43,844 bases of DNA from Leptospirales bacterium (lineage in GTDB: Bacteria > Spirochaetota > Leptospiria > Turneriellales > JAOUFE01). The stretch lies in the NCBI GenBank assembly GCA_040326155.1, contig JBEQLE010000031.1, forward strand, positions 1-43,844, read 5' to 3'. The notes beneath the pieces were generated by a model. That model was not told the DNA's origin and made no database searches. It saw only the letters and a list, made by a program, of their open reading frames with translations. The translations under genes and the position numbers were made by a program. Shown one piece after another: positions 37,087 through 43,844 of this stretch (its first letter is position 1; each line of letters begins with the position of its first letter).

Positions 37087-38247
37087 ATGAGCAAATTAAC
37101 AATGGGAGTCATTGGGACTTCAAAAAAAGAAGATGAACGACGTTTCCCGATTCATCCGGAGCATTTATCTCGTATTCCTGAAGAAATTCGTCGGCGACTA
37201 ATATTTGAAGAGGGCTATGGAGAGCAATTCAATGTACCAGACTCGGAAATTGCCGCGCAGACGGGGGGTGTTGCCACACGCCATGAATTATTGGCCGAGC
37301 TCGGAACCGTTATTATTTGCAAGCCGGTATTATCCGATTTACAAGAACTTCGCGAAGGGGGAACGCTTTGGGGCTATGTACATTGTGTTCAGCAACGAGA
37401 TATAACCCAGGCTGCCATTGATCGGAAGCTGACGCTTATTGCCTTTGAGGATATGTTTGTCTGGGGTCCAAACGGTTTTATTGGCCGCCACACATTCTAT
37501 AAGAACAACGAAATGGCCGGCTATTGCGCAGTACTGCATGCTTTTCAACTGAAAGGTATTGACGGGCATTATGGCAACCAACGCAAAACAATTATTTTCA
37601 GTTTCGGCGCAGTCAGCCGTGGGGCTATATACGCCCTCAAGGCGCATGGGTTTAGAGATATTACAATCTGTATTCAACGTCCCGACCACGAGGTGCGTGA
37701 AGAGGTACTCGATTGCCACTATGTAAAAATTCGAGAAGGCAAAGAGGGAGAGCCGCGTATGGTGGTGGTGGAACACGATGGAAGTGTAAGTCCTCTGACC
37801 GATCTTATCATTGAAGCAGATATCATCGTAAACGGAACTTTTCAAGAAACTGAAAATCCTACTCATTTTGTAACCGAAGAGGAAAGTTCTTGCCTCAAGC
37901 CAAACAGCTTGATTATTGATGTCAGTTGTGACGAGAGTATGGGATTCTTTTTTGCCAAACCAACCACATTCAAAAATCCAATGTTTAAATATGAAACCGT
38001 AGATTACTACGCCGTAGATCATACTCCCAGCTATCTCTGGGAAAGCGCAACACGCTCCATCTCTGCCGCTCTCATTGTCTATATATCGACTGTTTTGGCT
38101 GGACGTGATAGCTGGCAAGAAAGCGATACTATAGAACGCGCCATAAATATCGATGAAGGGGTAATTCAAAATAAATCTATTTTATCGTTTCAAAACCGAG
38201 AGCTGCTCTACCCACACGATCAAATTACCCCAAAGGTTGATGCCTGA
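37087..38247 (+). CDS. N(5)-(carboxyethyl)ornithine synthase-like (AlaDH/PNT family) NAD(P)H oxidoreductase
   Basis: SKKEDERRFPIHP, FEEGYG, WGYVHCVQ, FYKNNEMAGY, IDVSCD, YAVDHTPS. Confidence 0.82.
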   Translation: MSKLTMGVIGTSKKEDERRFPIHPEHLSRIPEEIRRRLIFEEGYGEQFNVPDSEIAAQTGGVATRHELLAELGTVIICKPVLSDLQELREGGTLWGYVHCVQQRDITQAAIDRKLTLIAFEDMFVWGPNGFIGRHTFYKNNEMAGYCAVLHAFQLKGIDGHYGNQRKTIIFSFGAVSRGAIYALKAHGFRDITICIQRPDHEVREEVLDCHYVKIREGKEGEPRMVVVEHDGSVSPLTDLIIEADIIVNGTFQETENPTHFVTEEESSCLKPNSLIIDVSCDESMGFFFAKPTTFKNPMFKYETVDYYAVDHTPSYLWESATRSISAALIVYISTVLAGRDSWQESDTIERAINIDEGVIQNKSILSFQNRELLYPHDQITPKVDA

Positions 38248-38259
38248 ATAAACTTTTTT

Positions 38260-39735
38260 TTAAAACACAGAAATATTCAAATGTTTTTGCAGTGTTTTCA
38301 AATCGAGATGTTTTTCCATGGCGTCGGCAATCTGGTCAATGCCTTGTTCGCGAAGAGTGTGGTAGTCTGTCTCTTCGTCGATGTTGTCTAAACCCGCCCA
38401 TTTTAAAAGAGAGTTTAGAGCCGCAGGGGTTTCAAAAACTCCATGCAGGTAGGTTCCCAGAATTTGATTGTCCGACGAGATGGCTCCATCGTCTCGCTCT
38501 CCCAGGTTAAATGCGGGATTTTGTAGCGCAGGGCCTTTGGTGATACCCGAGTGAATTTCATAACCGGAAACCGCCGCACCGTCCAGACAAAAACTTCCCG
38601 CTGTTTTAAGCAGTCGCTTTTCATTTTCTAAAACGGTTTGCACCTGCAAGAAGCTAAAGCCGGGCGTTGTTCCGGGTTCACCTTCGACTCCGGTCGGGTC
38701 GGCAATGTATATACCCAGCATTTGAAAACCACCGCAGATTCCGATTAATTTCCCCCCGTAGCGCAGATGGGTGGTAATTTTTTCTTCCCAGCCATTTGCC
38801 CGCAACCATTCAAGATCGGCTCTTACGCTTTTCGTGCCTGGTAGAATAATTAAGTCGCATTCCGGAATGGATTCTTTCGGGCCAATAAACTGGATGTCTG
38901 CCTGCGGGTGAAGGCGCAATGGATCGAAATCGGTATGGTTACTTATGCGCGGCAATACCGGAACTACGATTCGAAGCGTCTCTTTTTCGGGGTTTATATG
39001 TTGTTCATTCTTCAGAGAATCTTCAGCCTCTAAATGGAGTCCTTTTATATACGGAAGAACGCCGAGAACCGGTTTTTTGGTTCGCTCTTCGAGCCAGTCA
39101 ATGCCTGGTTGTAAAATCGAGAGGTCTCCTCGAAAACGGTTTATTATAAGAGCGATGGTTCTTTCGCGCTCGGTTTCGCGGAGCAGATCGAGTGTGCCTG
39201 TAAGGTGGGCCAAAACGCCGCCTCTGTCAATGTCAGCGACAAGCAAAACCGGGCAGTCAACTGCTTCGGCAAAACCCATGTTGGCTATATCACCTTCGCG
39301 CAGGTTTATTTCTGCCGGGCTGCCGGCTCCTTCTACAACGATTATGTCATACTGTTCGGCCAAACGTTTGTAAGATTCCAGCACTGCTTTCATTGCGGTG
39401 GGTTTAAAGGCGTAGTAATCACGAGCCGGCATGTTTTTGACGGACTTACCGTGAACAATTACCTGAGAGCCAATGTCACTGTTGGGTTTTAAGAGTACCG
39501 GGTTCATATCTGTGTGCGGTTTCAACCCACAAGCCTGCGCCTGCAAAGCCTGAGCCCGACCAATTTCACCACCGTCGACAGTAACAGCGCTGTTGAGCGC
39601 CATGTTTTGAGGCTTAAAGGGAGCAACTTTAATATTGTGCCGATGAAGCAATCGACATAAACCCGTAACCAGAGCGCTTTTACCGGCGTCCGAAGTACAC
39701 CCTTGTATCATTATTGTATTTTGGACCATATGCAT
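38260..39735 (-). CDS. cobQ: Cobyric acid synthase (CobQ/CbiP)
   Basis: [58 protein letters not shown]. Confidence 0.97.
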   Translation of the reverse strand: MHMVQNTIMIQGCTSDAGKSALVTGLCRLLHRHNIKVAPFKPQNMALNSAVTVDGGEIGRAQALQAQACGLKPHTDMNPVLLKPNSDIGSQVIVHGKSVKNMPARDYYAFKPTAMKAVLESYKRLAEQYDIIVVEGAGSPAEINLREGDIANMGFAEAVDCPVLLVADIDRGGVLAHLTGTLDLLRETERERTIALIINRFRGDLSILQPGIDWLEERTKKPVLGVLPYIKGLHLEAEDSLKNEQHINPEKETLRIVVPVLPRISNHTDFDPLRLHPQADIQFIGPKESIPECDLIILPGTKSVRADLEWLRANGWEEKITTHLRYGGKLIGICGGFQMLGIYIADPTGVEGEPGTTPGFSFLQVQTVLENEKRLLKTAGSFCLDGAAVSGYEIHSGITKGPALQNPAFNLGERDDGAISSDNQILGTYLHGVFETPAALNSLLKWAGLDNIDEETDYHTLREQGIDQIADAMEKHLDLKTLQKHLNISVF

Positions 39736-39810
39736 TAGATGTAAAAGTTTTATGAAACAGGTCTACAATCAAAATAATTTTTTATCGTTCCAACTTCAAC
39801 AAAAAAGACA

Positions 39811-39879
39811 AGTCTGTAGTGCGGTCGCATTCCGAACTACAGACTCATTTTGTAAAGGCGTGATTTATCGCGCCCCTAC
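39811..39879. repeat. Two adjacent GTAG-type REP-like palindromes
   Basis: AGTCTGTAGTGCGG-TCGCAT-TCCGAACTACAGACT (39811-39845) and minus-strand GTAGGGGCGCGATAAATCACGCCTTTAC (39852-39879). Related core CGGTCGCATTCCGCACTA at 13493-13510. Confidence 0.55.
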
Positions 39880-40064
39880 CTTTACGCCTCTAAAAAACAA
39901 GTTTCGTAGTCGGCCATATTCTTTTTACGGAATTTATTAGGTGCGTTCTATTCCAATGACGAGAGTGATTTGGTGTTGACAAAGTGTCTTTAGTGTAAAG
40001 CGTGAATGAAATTAGTAAACAAAAGAAAATTAAGAAGAAAGTCTTAATAATCAGGAGAAAATAA

Positions 40065-40472
40065 ATGATGAAAAAAAATAAGAACCTTGTATTAATGTTG
40101 AGCTTTATTGCATCCATGCTTTTTATTGTCAATTGTGGCAGCGGCATCGAAGCTGAATTAAAAGAAGCCTCTGCTGAAATCAATGCGCAATGTCCTATGA
40201 CGATTGATGCATTCACACGTTTGGATAATACAGAAGTGCTTCCAGGAAAAATTTTCCAGTACAATTACACTTTAACTACGGAAGATAAAGCAGTTTTAGG
40301 CGCTGACCCGGTCAAGTTTGCGAGTACAATAAAGGCGCAAGTTATTCCTACTTTAAAAAATAATCCTGCACTGGATATATTTCGTGATAATGATGTTACA
40401 TTGGTTTATATTTATAATAAACCAGATGGCACTGAATTTTTCAGATTTGAAGTCTTACCAGAAAATTATTAA
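40065..40472 (+). CDS. Hypothetical lipoprotein
   Basis: AGGAG SD, basic N-terminus, lipobox LFIVN-C; EINAQCPMTID..TRLD...YNYTL pattern. Confidence 0.75.
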   Translation: MMKKNKNLVLMLSFIASMLFIVNCGSGIEAELKEASAEINAQCPMTIDAFTRLDNTEVLPGKIFQYNYTLTTEDKAVLGADPVKFASTIKAQVIPTLKNNPALDIFRDNDVTLVYIYNKPDGTEFFRFEVLPENY

Positions 40473-40528
40473 TTATAAGAGTTCTGGAAAGCTTCTCTAA
40501 AGTATTCCGTTTTTAATAAAAAACAAAG

Positions 40529-40570
40529 ACCTGGGGTCGCGCCAAACGGTTATGTGACTCCAGGTTCTCT
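40529..40570 (+). terminator. Hairpin, possible intrinsic terminator
   Basis: ACCTGGGGTCGC / GTGACTCCAGGT 12-bp stem downstream of the lipoprotein gene; weak U-tract. Confidence 0.4.
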
Positions 40571-40717
40571 CAAAAGACACTCAAAACCAACTATTCAGTA
40601 CCATTGGAATTGAGGTATACTTCTTGACAAACCTCTTGACAAACTTGGTGCTTTTAACTACATTTAACAGGTAAAATAAACCAGCCTGACCAGTTGTGTG
40701 CTGTTGGCAAAAATATT

Positions 40718-43630
40718 ATGAGAATCGCTTATACATCATTATTTCTTTTATTGTTTTCCTTTGTACTGCAATGCGGTGGCAGTGGCGGTGGTAAAGGAAG
40801 CGGCGGCGGCAGCGGTGGTGGCGGCGGAGACGATCCGGTCGCTTCTTATTGCGGAGACAATATTCTTGATACGGGCGAAATTTGCGACGATGGCAATTCA
40901 ACAGGCAATGACGGTTGCGGAGTTACCTGTTTAACTGAAAATCTGTTACAAGCCGACGGAGTGCGAGTTTCGGGAACATTAATTGCAGAAGGAAAAGTCT
41001 TGTTTGTACTGCCCGTGCAAGTCGGCGAACCTTACGGAATATACTGGCATGACAATTTTTACGGAGACGGCTCACAAACAGCGTATGCATTAAAAGTCAG
41101 CGCCTATAGCGATAATCACAATACGAATTTTTTTTCTCAGGCTTATAGCGGTTACAGTTCGCCCAGAACAATTACACCTGCTTCGGGAACTTTTGTTAAT
41201 ATTATAGTCGAGGGGTATTTTTCGAATGTCGCAGGAACATTTGAAATATGGGTCGTTCGAGGGTTCCAGGATAAAACAGTCGTACACAACGTCACTCATT
41301 CGAATTACATATTGAGCGGCGGATTACATACTTACTTATTCAATAATTTAGTTGTCGGAGCTCCGTATTTTCTCTCCTGGAACGACAGATACGACGGCGA
41401 TGGTTCTATGAACGCCGATATTAAAGTCACCGCAGAAAACGGCGATAGTACTTTCACCTATTTTACCGACGTCGATGCAGGTTACACGCTCACGCAACAG
41501 GTGGTGCCCGATTCAACTGCGGCTATTGACACAACCGTCGATTTGAAATATACCACGTCACCTGTCGGAACCTACTCTATAACACTCTCGCTCTATTGTG
41601 GGAATGGAACTTTAGAACCAGCCTATCTGGAAGCCTGCGACGATGGGGATAACACCAACGGCGATGGTTGCTCGTCTTCTTGCGATACCGAAGGGACGCT
41701 CGATTTGACCTCGAACAACACAACCATCAACGTGGGAATGGCCGAACAGTTTACTGCATTTTTTACGGACTACCTGAGCAATGTCACCGATGAAACAGAC
41801 ACGGTAGTCTACTATGTCTCCGACTCCACCATCGGTTATATGTCCAATCAATCGGGAAGTCTCGGTATGTTTATTCCACTGAAAGCCGGTTCGGTCGATG
41901 TATACGTCACGTATGGCAACGAGCATACCAGCAACACAATCACACTTAGCGTTGAATACCCCGCCACCGCTGGAGATTTATTTATAACGGAAGTCAACTA
42001 TGGAGTGTATACAAGCACCTTCGTGGAGATTATTAACACAGGCGCAAGCCCCGCGAATTTAAGCCAGTACAAGTTACGAAGCATTGCATACAACTGGCCA
42101 ACAACAACGTATTCAGCTTCAACCACTTTTGATCTACCCGATATGACAATTCCGCCCGGGGGTTATGTTCGTGTTGCCAGTGGCATCGGCACGAACACTT
42201 TTCAAGTCTCTTACCTTATAGATATAAACGAGTTTCAACCCTATTTTCCTACATCTGGTTTTGTGGAACTCTTGAAAGCGGGCGTTACACAAGACTTTGT
42301 TCGCTGGGGTACCAGCACGGTAAACCCGACAACGGCCGGCCACTGGGACAGTAGCGCAGCCCCGGCATTAACCACCGACGCATCTTCTTCGCTTGGGCGC
42401 GATGGGGCCAACACAGATACAAACACAACCGGCGACTGGACATGGTCGGAATACGCCACTCCCGGTGGACCAAACGATGTAACCTGCACGACCGATACAG
42501 ACACCGATGGCATACCCGATTGCAGTGAGTTGCCAGGTTCAACATTTGCGGGGTTACCCCTTTATGACTGGGGAGCCAGACAAAACCAGACCGATGTTTT
42601 TTTAGAAATTGATTATATGAAGCCAGACGAGGCGGGTAAAGTGCTTCGACCCATTCGCGAAGCGCTCGACGCCGTGGTTACTGTATTTGCCGCCAGAGGT
42701 GTTGTCGCTCACTTCGATATTGGCGATGTGTATGACCAAAGCCCCGGTTTAGACTCCGCCGACCATGACCTTGGCGGGGGCAATGAAGTTCCCTACTCAA
42801 AGCATCTTACCATAGGTGACCATGGCGACGGAATAACCGTCAACTCCCGCGATTACAAATACCAATATATGGACTTGCGCCGTTTGCCGATTTTTCACTA
42901 TGTGTTAATCGGCGACAGATCGCCTCCCGATTTTTCGTTCGGGGGTTTAGGTGAAATGTACGGCAATGACTTTATTGTTACCTACGGCCACCACACCCAG
43001 CATCTAAATTATACCTCAACGTATGGATGGCATGGCCCGGTTATACTGCATGAGCTTGGCCACAATCTGGGGTTGGGGCATGGCGGCGACACGTCGGTAA
43101 ATTATAAACCGAATTATTTCAGCGTTATGAACTATATGTATGGAGGCCCGGCCGTTGCCACGGGAACCGTAAACGAAGGTTATCGATATTTGCGTAATAA
43201 TTTTTTTGGCGACACCGACTGTTACCCGGCGTATGACGCCGCTTTGTATAACTCTAGCCTCGACTTTTCGGATGGTTTAATGCCGTCTCTCGATGAAAAC
43301 AACCTCAACGAGTCAAACGGGCTTTCCGGAGCCGGTTTCTGGGTAGACTTTAATTGCGATGGAAACGTCAACACAAGCGTCTCGTACAATTTAAACCCTT
43401 CGTATGACAGCACAAAAGATGTTCTCACCGACCACGACGACTGGACCGCCATCGATTACCGTTTTCGAGACCACGGAGCAGCCAGCTCCTACCATTTAAA
43501 CGATTACGCAGACCTGCAAAAAGTAGCCTCAGAAGCCCCGGCAGAGGTTCGCAGAAACTCTTTTATTCGTCGCGGCAAACTCAAAGATCGACATTCCAAA
43601 AAGTTCCCAAATAAAAACTATAAAAAATAA
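40718..43630 (+). CDS. Large multidomain surface lipoprotein with Myxococcus-type Cys-rich repeats, Ig-like and lamin-tail domains and a zinc metalloprotease domain
   Basis: Start MRIAY, lipobox SFVLQ-C, Gly/Ser linker, two CG(D/N)...CDDG...DGC repeats, FITEV..FVEIIN..ATPGGPN (LTD), DTDTDGIPD, HELGHNLGLGH and SVMNY Met-turn. Confidence 0.85.
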   Translation: MRIAYTSLFLLLFSFVLQCGGSGGGKGSGGGSGGGGGDDPVASYCGDNILDTGEICDDGNSTGNDGCGVTCLTENLLQADGVRVSGTLIAEGKVLFVLPVQVGEPYGIYWHDNFYGDGSQTAYALKVSAYSDNHNTNFFSQAYSGYSSPRTITPASGTFVNIIVEGYFSNVAGTFEIWVVRGFQDKTVVHNVTHSNYILSGGLHTYLFNNLVVGAPYFLSWNDRYDGDGSMNADIKVTAENGDSTFTYFTDVDAGYTLTQQVVPDSTAAIDTTVDLKYTTSPVGTYSITLSLYCGNGTLEPAYLEACDDGDNTNGDGCSSSCDTEGTLDLTSNNTTINVGMAEQFTAFFTDYLSNVTDETDTVVYYVSDSTIGYMSNQSGSLGMFIPLKAGSVDVYVTYGNEHTSNTITLSVEYPATAGDLFITEVNYGVYTSTFVEIINTGASPANLSQYKLRSIAYNWPTTTYSASTTFDLPDMTIPPGGYVRVASGIGTNTFQVSYLIDINEFQPYFPTSGFVELLKAGVTQDFVRWGTSTVNPTTAGHWDSSAAPALTTDASSSLGRDGANTDTNTTGDWTWSEYATPGGPNDVTCTTDTDTDGIPDCSELPGSTFAGLPLYDWGARQNQTDVFLEIDYMKPDEAGKVLRPIREALDAVVTVFAARGVVAHFDIGDVYDQSPGLDSADHDLGGGNEVPYSKHLTIGDHGDGITVNSRDYKYQYMDLRRLPIFHYVLIGDRSPPDFSFGGLGEMYGNDFIVTYGHHTQHLNYTSTYGWHGPVILHELGHNLGLGHGGDTSVNYKPNYFSVMNYMYGGPAVATGTVNEGYRYLRNNFFGDTDCYPAYDAALYNSSLDFSDGLMPSLDENNLNESNGLSGAGFWVDFNCDGNVNTSVSYNLNPSYDSTKDVLTDHDDWTAIDYRFRDHGAASSYHLNDYADLQKVASEAPAEVRRNSFIRRGKLKDRHSKKFPNKNYKK

Positions 43631-43635
43631 TCATG

Positions 43636-43844
43636 AGGGGGAAAAGTCCCCCTGACTGCAAACGCTGTGCGTTTTCCGTCACCCCCAATATTTTTTAGTG
43701 AATTTGCAAACTACGTTTGAAGTTTTTCTTTATACAATATTTATATTTTATGGTCGGCTGACCGCCGGAGAGGTGTCACTTTTCTTTTTCCACAAAAAGA
43801 AAAGTAACCAAAAGAAAAACGTCCCATCCCGCCGCCGTCCTGGC
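43636..43844 (+). repeat. Dispersed structured element, copy C (cut by the window end)
   Basis: Starts 5 nt after the protease stop codon. TTGCAAACT.CGTTT, TTATACAATATTTATATT, CGGCTGACCGCCGG and the GTGTCACTTTTC...AAAAGAAAAAC core match copy B. Confidence 0.9.

Noticed and set aside
37339..38169. 276-aa antisense ORF, and the other short ORFs overlapping cob, alaS, kinase and protease genes
   Set aside because: Shadow frames of well-supported genes with no motifs of their own.
40777..40830. GGC/AGC-rich low-complexity tract
   Set aside because: It encodes the Gly/Ser linker of the lipoprotein; not an independent repeat.

Overview
AT-rich bacterial chromosomal window, probably from a Leptospirales-like spirochaete. 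This is an inference from the duplicated DUF1564-like tandem-RHH genes, the REC-HATPase family and spirochaete-type lipoboxes. The backbone is a split, mosaic cobalamin pathway. A cobalamin riboswitch precedes a NiCoT-type transporter and cbiH60-X-J-C-D-ET-L-F-G-A in Bacillus megaterium gene order; bluB-cbiB-cobD and cobQ lie separately. Interspersed genes are signalling proteins (hybrid kinase, two REC-HATPase proteins, NIT-domain MCP), a B12-binding radical SAM, orphan defence-type membrane effectors (Pycsar/DUF5706, SLATT/DUF4231), hicAB with a frameshifted toxin, a divergent alaS, an N5-carboxyethyl-ornithine synthase-like gene and a large lipoprotein metalloprotease. The most unusual signals are non-coding. 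(1) A ~270-nt closed, multi-branched structured RNA candidate at 33920-34195 matches no family I recognise. (2) A ~280-bp dispersed element (two complete copies, one cut by the window end, one 5' fragment) shows compensatory base changes in several hairpins and a co-varying intrastrand triplex core. (3) A 22-codon leader ORF couples the B12 riboswitch to the cob operon. All structures were paired by eye; no folding or database search was run.
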